Source of the DNA: an uncultured Lentisphaerales bacterium
Lineage (GTDB): Bacteria; Verrucomicrobiota; Lentisphaeria; JABSQK01; UBA12247
Length of the DNA stretch: 43,740 nt
Direction of reading: 5' to 3'
Assembly (NCBI GenBank): GCA_943788985.1
Contig: CALSSJ010000035.1
Coordinates: forward strand, 1 to 43,740
Numbering within the stretch: the stretch's first letter is position 1; each line of letters starts with the position of its first letter. Below the pieces are notes generated by a model. It was not told where the DNA came from. It did no database searches and worked only from the letters and a program-made list of their open reading frames with translations. The position numbers and the translations under genes are program-made. Shown here in pieces: positions 30,855 through 39,323 of the stretch.

Positions 30855-31092
30855 CCCGCACCAGCTTGCCCACGTACATGTCCAGGCCTGACTTCGGGAA
30901 ACCGCCCACCACCACTGGTGCATCCACGTCGCCGGCCATCTTCAGCTTCAACCCCGTCACTGCCGAGACCTGCCCGTGCGTCATCATTCATCACCTGCAT
31001 GAACGTACCCACCCTGCATCAACAACACCGCGTCCGGGTGCGCCGCCTTCAGGCTCGAATACTGCTCACATAACGTAGTCGAAAAATACCAT
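30855..31092 (-). pseudogene. MutS domain I-like ORF, copy 2
   Basis: Aligns with 9110-9344. Confidence 0.75.
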
Positions 31093-31102
31093 TTTAAAAA
31101 TC

Positions 31103-31152
31103 CGACCCTTTGGGGGTCCAGGGGGCAAGCCCCCTGGACCCCCAAAGGGTCG
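31103..31152. repeat. Perfect inverted repeat with 24-bp arms downstream of VR copy 2
   Basis: CGACCCTTTGGGGGTCCAGGGGGC-AA-GCCCCCTGGACCCCCAAAGGGTCG. Confidence 0.9.
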
Positions 31153-31183
31153 AAGCGTTCAAAGGGTCAAAGGGGCCGAATCA

Positions 31184-31410
31184 TCATTCTCCGCCGCGGA
31201 CCGGCCACACATAGAACGCGTTGGACTTGCCGGTGCCGTAGCTCACGCTGCCGTAAGTTCACGTACACGCTAAACGCGTTGGCGGCATTGCCCGCGTTCG
31301 TAGTACTGGACCAGTAGAACGACGACTGCACGCCGCTGAACGGGTGCCCCGTGGGGCAACGCCGGATCGAAGTTCCCGACGTCGATCAAGCTGTGCAGTT
31401 CTTTCACCGT
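31184..31410 (-). other. DGR variable region (VR), allele 2
   Basis: Counterpart of 9435-9660; retains several AAC/AAT codons where allele 1 has GAC/TAC/TAT/GGC/CAC. Confidence 0.8.
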
Positions 31411-32072
31411 CGGCAAGCGCCAGTCGCCAGCGGACGAGCCGTCGCTCAAGCCCTGCCTGCCCGGTCGCCAGGCTGTTGCAGATGCTCAGTGCGTTTGCCC
31501 ACGTCGCGGTCCCGTCGCCGGCATCCGCGTCCTTCTGCCAGATCAACCCCGTCAGATTGTCCGTCACTGTTCCATCACTGTTGTCGGTGAAGCGCGGGCT
31601 CGGCCAGACCACCCCGGTCTCCAGGTCGCCGTCGTCCCCCGTTGCGTACGACGTCGTCTGCCCCGTCTTCTCCACCGCCGCCCCGCTCCCGCCACTGGCG
31701 GCTGGCACCGTACCGGTCTGCTGTCCCCAGGCGCCCGCGTCGAGGCCCCAAAAGACCTTGCCGCTGAGCACATCGCCGGCCGTGGCGGCGTTGCCGTTCG
31801 CCGCGGGAGCGGCCGCCCATCACGTCGTCCAGTGTCGGCCCCGAGTCGCCCGGCGCGCCGGCGGCGAAGTCACCGGCAGTCGGTTCCTCGAAGGCGCCGG
31901 CGCGTTTGGCGCCGGCGGCACCAGTGTCCAAGCGATTGTAAATGTCTTCCAGATGGTACATGGCGCTGGCCGGGTTGCTCGGAGCGGCAGGTGAGTCGGT
32001 GTCGCCAGCCACGGCGACGAAGGCCAGGGTCAAGGCGATGATTGTGGTACGCGTGGTGGTCCAAATTCGCAT
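31184..32072 (-). CDS. Secreted DUF1566/Lcl protein, DGR target, copy 2 (frameshifts; 82 aa shorter stalk)
   Basis: Aligns with 9435-10566; C-terminus reads VQSSFYWSSTTNAGNAANAFSVYVNYGSVSYGTGKSNAFYVWPVRGGE after removing single-base insertions. Confidence 0.85.
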
Positions 32073-32152
32073 GTGGATGTCGTCCTGTTGATTGTGCTGC
32101 GCAACTGCGCGTGTGGAGTAAGGCGGGAGTACGGTAGCCGGAAGTACGCCGG

Positions 32153-32426
32153 TAACAAACGCTTCTGAAAAAAATGTCCAAAGTTGATGGCTGGTGATCG
32201 AGGAACGGACCGACCTGCACTAGTCAACCCCGGCCTCATCCCGTCAGCGTATCTTGGCTGTATCGGGAAAAAGAAATTTCCTATCAGTTAACAAACGCTT
32301 CTGAAAAAAAAATTCCAAGGTTGATGGCTGGTGATCGAGGAACGGACCGACCTGCACTAGTCAACCCCGGCCTCATCCCGTCAGCGTATCTTGGCTGTAT
32401 CGGGAAAAAGCAATTTCCTATCAGTT
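32153..32426 (+). repeat. Imperfect tandem duplication (about 137 bp) of the cassette right end including the ori end
   Basis: TAACAAACGCTTCTG...CCTATCAGT occurs at 32153-32288 and again at 32289-32425. Confidence 0.9.
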
Positions 32427-32442
32427 TATCAACAAGGCGTCG

Positions 32443-35154
32443 ATGCTGGAGGCCAATCAGCATTTCTACGAGATGTTGGTCAAGTACACTTCAGTCGATC
32501 AGGACTTGGGCAAAGGTAGAAAAGGCCAAACCGTCAAGCTCATCGACTTCGACAATCCTGAGAATAACGAATTTCTCGTCGTCAACCAGTTCAAGGTCCA
32601 GGGTCCCAAGCAAAACATAATCCCAGACCTCGTCGTCTTCGTCAACGGCATCCCTCTTGCCGTCATCGAGTGCAAGTCGCCCTACATCACCAATCCGATG
32701 TACTGCGGCATCGACCAGCTTCAGCGCTACTGCAATCGCCGCAAGCCCGAGGACAATGAGGGAGCCGAACGACTGTTCTGGTACAACCAGATCATGGTCA
32801 GCGCCTATCGTGACCTCGCCAAGTTGGGGACGATTACCTCAAGGCCAGAGCATTTCTTGGAGTGGAAAGATCCGTATCCTGCCAAAGTCGAAGGGAAATC
32901 TCAGGACATTCTCATCCATGGCGTCTTTAGGAAAGAGAATTTCCTTCAGCAGATTCGAAATTTCATCGTCTTTGAAGCGACTGACGGCAAGGTTCTCAAG
33001 AAGTATTGCCGATACCAGCAGTACAGAGCCGTCCTGAAGACCATTGAGCGAATCAAGAGTGGCGACAACAGAAAGACCAAGGGCGGCATCATCTGGCATA
33101 CCCAAGGCTCTGGAAAGTCCTTGACCATGGTATTCTTGGCGTCCGCCATTCGCAGAGATCCAGACCTTTACGACTACAAATTGGTGTTTGTCACAGATCG
33201 TACCAACCTCGATGAACAGCTTTCCAATACCTTCCGCAGGTGTCAGGATGAAGAGGTCTACAGGGCAACCGATGTTAGGACTATGAAGGACTATCTCAGG
33301 CGGGACAGTTCTGATCTCGTCACTTGCATGGTCCAGAAGTTCAGGGGCGACGAGGATGGCAAGCCTGAACGCCTGAACGAGTCCGAAAGGATCATTATCA
33401 TGGCTGACGAGGCCCATCGCTCACAGACCTCGTCTTTGGGGATGCTTCTCAATTATGGCTTGCCCAACGCCATCAAGATCGGCTTTACGGGAACTCCCCT
33501 GATAAAAAGCCAGAAAACATCCAAGGAGTTCGGCTCATACATCGATACCTATAAGATTGATGAGGCCGTCAGAGACGGTGCTACCGTCCAGATCATTTAT
33601 CAGGGGAGAGATGCGCAGACCAAGGTGACTGGCGATTCTCTGGATAAGCTTTTTGCGAAGTACTTCTCTCACCTGTCCAAGGAAGAGATTGCTGAGATCA
33701 CCAAGCGGTTTGGAAAGGAATCAGCGGTACTGGAGGCTCCGAAGCGGGTCGAGATGGTTTGCTTCGATATCCTGGACCATTACCGAAGCCATATCCAGCC
33801 AGACGGCTTCAAGGCGATGATTGTCTGCCCAAGCAGAAGGAGCGCTATCATTTATCATGAGAAGCTGAAGGAGCTTGGAGCACCAGAGTCGGCCGTCGTC
33901 ATTTCCAGTAGTCACAATGATGGAGCCTTCTACACCAAGTATACCGAGGGGGTGAACTCCAAGGAGCTGGTGCAGCGCTTCAAGAAGCCAATGAGCGAGG
34001 ACGGACTGAGCATCCTGATCGTCAAGGATATGTTACTCACTGGCTTCGATGCCCCAATCTGCCAGGTGATGTATCTTGACCGTAAGCTGAGAGAGCACAC
34101 CCTTCTACAGGCTATTGCCAGAGTCAATCGAACGGCTCCAGCCAAGAAGAGGGGGTTCATCGTTGACTACTACGGCCTTTCCGACTATCTGGTGGAAGCT
34201 TGGGAGATGTTCTCGAAGGAGGACATCGAAGGGGCTCTCAAGCCACTCAAGGAAGAAATCCCAAAGCTGGAAAGCCGTCACGCTCGTTGCCTATCGTTTT
34301 TTGAGTCAGTTGCCGACAAGACGGACATGGACGAATGCGTTACCGCCCTTGAGGACGAGGAAATCAGAGCTGAATTCCAAGTGGCCTTCAAAAAGTTCTC
34401 AGAAAGCATGAACATCGTTCTGCCTGATCCTTCAGCCGCCCCCTTCATCGATGATTTGAAATGGCTGGGCAAGATCCATGTTAGGGCAAATAATCGTTAC
34501 CGAGAGGCGGTAGACGTTTCAGCCTATGGCAAAAAGGTTCAAGCGCTGATTCATGAGCACGTCTACAGCGAGGGCATTGATCCAAAGATTGAGCCTATGT
34601 CCATTTTTGACGATGGCTTCAATACCCATTTCAAGAAGATTAAATCGCCAAGGGCAAGGGCATCAGAGATTGAGCATGCCATCAAGCATCATATTACGGT
34701 AAATCTTGAGGATGATCCAGCTTACTACCAATCACTGGCGAAACGGCTTGAGGAGATCATCCAGAAACGATCTGACAATTGGGACGAGCAGGTCCAACTG
34801 CTTCTCAACCTGAGCGGCACCATGCATACTGAGCGTAAAGCCCAAGCCGACGGTCTTGGACTTTCCGACAGAGACTTCGCCTTCTATAACCTGCTCAAGG
34901 CTGACATCGCTGGAGGCGACGACTTGGACGAAGCGATGAAGGCTGAAGTGCTCAGGCTGAACGCTGTTCTGGTCGGCGAAATGGTCAAGGTTACTCATAT
35001 TGTGGACTTCTTCAGGAAGGCTGACGAGGTCAAACGGGTGAAGCTGAAGATCAAGCGGACGCTCATGGAGAGTTCACTTGGTCTCGACGTGAGCGCCAAT
35101 AAACGAATCGGAGTTGAGTTCATGAATTTGGCGAAGGTCAGGTTCGAGAGATGA
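32443..35154 (+). CDS. hsdR: Type I restriction enzyme R subunit, 5'-truncated at the ori end
   Basis: PDLVVFVNGIPLAVIECK nuclease motif, WHTQGSGKS Walker A, DEAH, GFTGTP, MLLTGFD, LLQAIARVNR; frame runs back into the ori end; no hsdM/hsdS. Confidence 0.9.
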   Translation: MLEANQHFYEMLVKYTSVDQDLGKGRKGQTVKLIDFDNPENNEFLVVNQFKVQGPKQNIIPDLVVFVNGIPLAVIECKSPYITNPMYCGIDQLQRYCNRRKPEDNEGAERLFWYNQIMVSAYRDLAKLGTITSRPEHFLEWKDPYPAKVEGKSQDILIHGVFRKENFLQQIRNFIVFEATDGKVLKKYCRYQQYRAVLKTIERIKSGDNRKTKGGIIWHTQGSGKSLTMVFLASAIRRDPDLYDYKLVFVTDRTNLDEQLSNTFRRCQDEEVYRATDVRTMKDYLRRDSSDLVTCMVQKFRGDEDGKPERLNESERIIIMADEAHRSQTSSLGMLLNYGLPNAIKIGFTGTPLIKSQKTSKEFGSYIDTYKIDEAVRDGATVQIIYQGRDAQTKVTGDSLDKLFAKYFSHLSKEEIAEITKRFGKESAVLEAPKRVEMVCFDILDHYRSHIQPDGFKAMIVCPSRRSAIIYHEKLKELGAPESAVVISSSHNDGAFYTKYTEGVNSKELVQRFKKPMSEDGLSILIVKDMLLTGFDAPICQVMYLDRKLREHTLLQAIARVNRTAPAKKRGFIVDYYGLSDYLVEAWEMFSKEDIEGALKPLKEEIPKLESRHARCLSFFESVADKTDMDECVTALEDEEIRAEFQVAFKKFSESMNIVLPDPSAAPFIDDLKWLGKIHVRANNRYREAVDVSAYGKKVQALIHEHVYSEGIDPKIEPMSIFDDGFNTHFKKIKSPRARASEIEHAIKHHITVNLEDDPAYYQSLAKRLEEIIQKRSDNWDEQVQLLLNLSGTMHTERKAQADGLGLSDRDFAFYNLLKADIAGGDDLDEAMKAEVLRLNAVLVGEMVKVTHIVDFFRKADEVKRVKLKIKRTLMESSLGLDVSANKRIGVEFMNLAKVRFER

Positions 35155-35237
35155 ATTACTCCGTCACTCGCAAGCCCAAGCGCAAGACGGCATCGGTAGC
35201 CGTTCATCCAGATAATTCCGTCAGCGTGGTTGTTGCT
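35151..35237 (+). pseudogene. N-terminal remnant of YgjP/M48-like metallopeptidase that commonly follows hsdR
   Basis: ATGA overlap with hsdR; MNYSVTRKPKRKTASVAVHPDNSVSVVV, then runs into the integrase remnant. Confidence 0.6.
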
Positions 35238-35432
35238 CGTGTGGTCCTTCATTCTACACCTCAGGAAGTAATCGATGCCTGACGCTACGATACCTCGTCG
35301 GAGGCCCGCCTGATAGCGATTTCCGGTGCGTAAGGAGATCTTGATCTCACGCATTGCGAGCAAGTGACGTACGTTGGCGGGGACCCGTTGGCGGTAGTGC
35401 CACGTCCCATTTCGTCTCATCAGATAGTCCAT
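35238..35432 (-). pseudogene. DUF6538-type N-terminal domain of a tyrosine integrase, truncated
   Basis: YLMRRNGTWHYRQRVP...REIKISLRT; lies just downstream of the tRNA 3' end. Confidence 0.7.
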
Positions 35433-35445
35433 CGGTGGAGCCTGC

Positions 35446-35467
35446 TGTGTACCAGTGTGTGTACCAG
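35446..35467. repeat. Direct repeat TGTGTACCAG x2 (candidate integrase arm-type sites)
   Basis: 35446-35455 and 35458-35467, between tRNA and integrase start. Confidence 0.5.
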
Positions 35468-35493
35468 CAGCGATGGAGTATATACCCTAAACA

Positions 35494-35522
35494 CATAAGC
35501 CACTCATAATGAGTGGCTTATG
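35494..35522. terminator. Inverted repeat just downstream of tRNA-Ala (terminator or att-associated)
   Basis: CATAAGCCACTCAT-A-ATGAGTGGCTTATG, 14-bp arms. Confidence 0.5.
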
Positions 35523-35529
35523 GAAAAGG

Positions 35530-35606
<77 letters not shown>

Positions 35607-35687
35607 AAAAAGGTCGCTTATCGCGAGCAGACGGACAATAATTGACCGTCTGGCTAATGCCACCCAATTCGTGGATTTATTCCGCGA

Positions 35688-36899
35688 TCAGTGCTTTGGG
35701 AAGGAGCAGGGATCCGGTGGCATGTGGACGCGGGCGGCTGCGGACTCCGCCCGTGCGTCCTCCAATTGCTGGCGCAACTTCGCAATGGTAGTCGTGATCT
35801 CGCGTTGGCTTTTCTCCCAAGTCCGGGCGATCCGGCGCAGACGGCTGGTGTCGGCGATGATGATGGCGCCGGGCGCAGGCGCATGGTGCGGCACGGAACA
35901 GCCATAGCGCCACGTCGTACCCCCATACTGCTGGGCTTGGTTGGCCAGCTGGTCGAGGTCGCTGATATGTCCTTGGCGCTGGTAGATGTCTGCCTCCAGG
36001 CGTTTGATTCTGCGCGCCAGCGTCCGGATTCTGGACCATCGCTGAATATGCTTGCGGCGGAGGCTATAAAAATGGCGGCTATCGGCGTCGTAGATCTCTC
36101 CTTTGTGGCGAATGCGCAGCCGGGTGGGAGAGCCGAGCAGAATGCGGGCCTCCACTTGGGCGCCTGAGCTGAGCCGATGCACAGCTTTTTTATGCCGGTT
36201 GAAGAGGGGCGCACCGGATTTCGCGCTCGCAACGTAAGGGGACCACGGAGTTTCCTGCAGGAAGTCTTCAAAGAGCTGCATACGCAGGCAAAAGCGCTCT
36301 TGGTTCTGTAGCAATTCGGCCGCGAGGCTTTCGACGGTTTTGGATCTAGCGGCAACAGTGGCGGCAAGCTCAGCAATCCTTTTGGCCATGGCTCGCTGTA
36401 GCCGCCGCAGCTCGAACAGGGCTAGAATGTCGCGCTTCTGCATCTGCGCGATGGGCTCAGGGCGGGGAGTCTCGGCAGTGGGCCTTGGCGTCACCCAGGT
36501 GGTGTACTGCCACTGGAGGGTGCTGGCTTGCTCGAGTTGGGCGTAGGCGCTTCGCTGATCCCAGAGCTGCTGGCTGGCGCCTACGAGGTCCTGCCTAGCG
36601 GCATCAAGGCGGCTGCCGACTCTGGCGTTCTCTGCCGCATGGTGGCGCTTCATGTCAGCCATGCTGAGGAAGTCGGCGCTGCGGGCGCGGTATTGCTGGC
36701 TGTCGAGCACGACCGAGAGCCAGTCGCGTTCGGTGGCCCAGACTTCTGTCCAGATGACGGTCGCACGGGGGAGGTAGGCCTGGGCCTTATTCTCGCCAAA
36801 AAGCGTAGCGGAGCGGGCGATGACCAGCTGCAACACCTGGTCCGCGTAGAGCGACGGGGTGATGAGCAGAAAAAAAATGAGTGTGAACTTTGTGAACAC
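35688..36899 (-). CDS. Hypothetical exported coiled-coil protein
   Basis: 403-aa ORF with signal peptide MFTKFTLIFFLLITPSLYA and heptad-rich segments. Confidence 0.6.
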   Translation of the reverse strand: MFTKFTLIFFLLITPSLYADQVLQLVIARSATLFGENKAQAYLPRATVIWTEVWATERDWLSVVLDSQQYRARSADFLSMADMKRHHAAENARVGSRLDAARQDLVGASQQLWDQRSAYAQLEQASTLQWQYTTWVTPRPTAETPRPEPIAQMQKRDILALFELRRLQRAMAKRIAELAATVAARSKTVESLAAELLQNQERFCLRMQLFEDFLQETPWSPYVASAKSGAPLFNRHKKAVHRLSSGAQVEARILLGSPTRLRIRHKGEIYDADSRHFYSLRRKHIQRWSRIRTLARRIKRLEADIYQRQGHISDLDQLANQAQQYGGTTWRYGCSVPHHAPAPGAIIIADTSRLRRIARTWEKSQREITTTIAKLRQQLEDARAESAAARVHMPPDPCSFPKH

Positions 36900-36945
36900 T
36901 TGTAGCAGGATGCCTGGTGGCGGCTATATAATGCGGGGTGGATGT

Positions 36946-37899
36946 ATGACGCGGCGGGACGACTTCTATTCACGGTATGGATACAGAGTGACAACATATT
37001 CGGCTGAAGCACAACTGAAAACTGGAATTGCGGGTCTTCTTCGCGTCGGCGTAGGCATGGCCTTTCTAGTTTTGGCGTTGATGAAGGTGTACTCATTCAA
37101 GGATGGTGAGTTCGCGGTGTCGGCGGCTTTTGAGCTGTATCTGGTGAATCAGACGCCTCTTACAGAGCGCGCTCATGCGGCTGTGGCTTCACGCGCTTTG
37201 ATCTGGGTAGAGCTGGTTTTGGGCGGTTTGCTGCTGTTTCGCTATGGTGCGCGGCATGTGGCAGTGGCGACGATCGCGCTGCTGGTGGTGTTTACGGGCT
37301 ACTTGTTCACGCAAATTGGGTCTCCGGATTGCGGGTGCTTCGGCGACCATGCGCAGATTACGCCATGCATGTCTGCGCTGAAGAACTTGGTGATGATCGG
37401 GATGCTGGTGCCGAGCGTGCTGTGTGTGTCGCTGCCGAGGCTGTGCCTAAAACGCACGAGCGGCGTGGCGGCGTTGTCGTTGCTGTTGGTGACTGCGGGG
37501 ATGCCGATATCGCGGCCAGCGCCGGTGCCTGATGAGGGAACCAATCCGGAGATTTTGGCGGTACAAGCGTATTTATCGATGGACTGTGAGCATTGCCAGG
37601 AAGCGGCGATGATGCTGGCGGCGCTGGAGGCAGACCTGGCACCGGCCGAGGTGGTCTTCTATCTACTGGGAACGGAGGAGCAGCTCCCGGAGTTCTTGGG
37701 CATCACGGGCAGCGAGCAGGTTCGACACCAGATTATAGACGACGCTGTATTCTGGTCGCACATCGAGAGCGCGCCACCGCGGATCGAGTTGCGCCGAGGG
37801 GCAGAGCTGTTGGCGGGTTGGAATCAGGATGAGCTTTCTTCGGACGTGCTGTACGAGGCGATCGAGCAGGCTGTTTTGACAGGAGCGCGTGAGGAATAA
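36946..37899 (+). CDS. MauE/DoxX-type membrane protein with C-terminal thioredoxin-like domain
   Basis: TM helices, DCGCFG, LKN, then SMDCEHC (CxxC); start uncertain. Confidence 0.8.
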   Translation: MTRRDDFYSRYGYRVTTYSAEAQLKTGIAGLLRVGVGMAFLVLALMKVYSFKDGEFAVSAAFELYLVNQTPLTERAHAAVASRALIWVELVLGGLLLFRYGARHVAVATIALLVVFTGYLFTQIGSPDCGCFGDHAQITPCMSALKNLVMIGMLVPSVLCVSLPRLCLKRTSGVAALSLLLVTAGMPISRPAPVPDEGTNPEILAVQAYLSMDCEHCQEAAMMLAALEADLAPAEVVFYLLGTEEQLPEFLGITGSEQVRHQIIDDAVFWSHIESAPPRIELRRGAELLAGWNQDELSSDVLYEAIEQAVLTGAREE

Positions 37900-37947
37900 T
37901 GATGGCTGTGGTGAGAAGAACACGGACGTGGCAGGGAGAAGACGATC

Positions 37948-38774
37948 GTGCCTGATATGAACGAGATCGTGGGAACTCACGACATACTGCTTATTGTGCT
38001 GGATTCGCTGCGCTATGATGTGGCTGCGCAGCTCCTGTATTCCGGAGAGACACCGGTGCTGCGCAGGTATGTAGGGGAGTGGGTGGAAGCCCATACGCCC
38101 GGGACGTTCGCGCTGCCTGCTAATCACGCATTTTTTGCCGGGTTTCTGCCGACGCCGCTTGAGGGACCGCGCACGCGGCTGTTCGGCTCTCGCATTGCTG
38201 GCAGCGAAACCGCTACGACGAAGACCTGCACCTTCGAAGAGCCCGACATCGTCCGTGGGGCTGGCGGCACGCGGTGTACCACACGCTTTGTGTGGGAGGG
38301 AAACGGTTTTTTTTACCAAGGAATCCCCGCTGTCTTCGGTACTCCCCGACTATTTCGTGGAGAGCCATTGGACACCAGAGTTTGGCGTCGGAGATGTGAA
38401 CTCTACGTTTCAACAGGTGAGCTTTCTGTGTAAATGGCTTTCGCAACATCCGGAGGATAAGCTGCTGTTTACCTACCTGAATATCGTGGCCACACATCAG
38501 CCGACGAATATTTACCTGGACTGGGAAGAACCGGATTCGCTGGAGTCTCACGCTGCTGCCTTGGAGTACGTAGACGACTGCATTGCGCCGCTGTTTGAGG
38601 CCTGTGCGCTACGGCGCGACACGTTCGTGATCATCTGCTCTGATCATGGCACGGCGTATGGCGAGGACGGTTTCTGACGGGCACCGCAACGGGCATTCGG
38701 TCGTGACGACCGTTCCGTACGCGCATTTCCGCTTGAAGGCCCAAAGAGATCCTGGATTCTCCGTTCGTCACTGA
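37948..38774 (+). CDS. STM4013/SEN3800-family hydrolase (alkaline phosphatase superfamily), frameshifted
   Basis: MNEIVGTHDILLIVLDSLRYDVA, HAFFAGFLPTP, ATHQP, CSDHGTAYGEDG, GHR...VPYAHF across frames. Confidence 0.8.
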
Positions 38775-39253
38775 GTGGGCGACGGGCGCGTGATGACACC
38801 AGAAATCGCCCGTGCCCGTGTACGATGGGATTCAAGCGCTGAGGCGCGAGCCGGTGCGGCGAACGTTGGGCTGCGCGCATCGCGTCTGCGGACTGGACCG
38901 CAGAGCAACTGACAGACTACTAGCAGCGGGAAACTGCGCCGGGCGTTGACGCACGCAGGAAGCCAGAGCCTGTACTCCGCTTAAAATGTTCGCACAGTCA
39001 GGCCTGAATGCAGAGTCCGCAACGACCGCAGAGCTACAGCGCTTCCTAATTTTGGACAAGGCGAAGATTGAGCGAGAGGGCCAACGGCTGCGTGCTCCTA
39101 ACTGGGGGTGGGCCCGTGGCGATCGAAACCACCACTTGGGTGAACACCCGGTCACCAGCCACCGTAATCACCGAAAATCCATGCCCAGGCGTTGCCGTCC
39201 CCAGAATCGCTGGCGGGGCTTCTGGGCATTGCGCTGCGGACAGCAAGAGTCGC

Positions 39254-39289
39254 GGCGATCAGGGCGATCAGGGCGATCAGGGCGATCAG
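39254..39289. repeat. 9-bp tandem repeat GGCGATCAG x4
   Basis: Read directly from the sequence; minus strand encodes (IAL)n. Confidence 0.9.
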
Positions 39290-39323
39290 GGCAATGCCGT
39301 TTTTCACGCAGTGGGATTTAGCG

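Larger units (their letters stand above)
29684..32289. mobile_element. DGR-target cassette copy 2
   Basis: Direct repeat of 7959-10784 with many 1-nt indels, a 246-bp in-frame deletion and a different VR. Confidence 0.8.

Noticed and set aside
31184..31410. Copy 2 as the template repeat (TR) for copy 1
   Set aside because: It sits in a full target gene with hairpin, and at many variable sites it has a non-A base (GCC, AGC, TAC, TTC, TCC), sometimes where copy 1 has A; both look like products of a third template.
29684..32289. Second cassette as a pure assembly duplicate of the first
   Set aside because: It has different flanks, an in-frame 246-bp deletion and codon-structured substitutions that random error would not give; a strain chimera cannot be fully excluded without reads.
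7903..32426. Recurrent 56-bp sequence as a CRISPR repeat or integron attC
   Set aside because: Spacing is irregular (137 bp to about 18 kb), there are no cas or intI genes, and it is the terminus of the IS91-like element.
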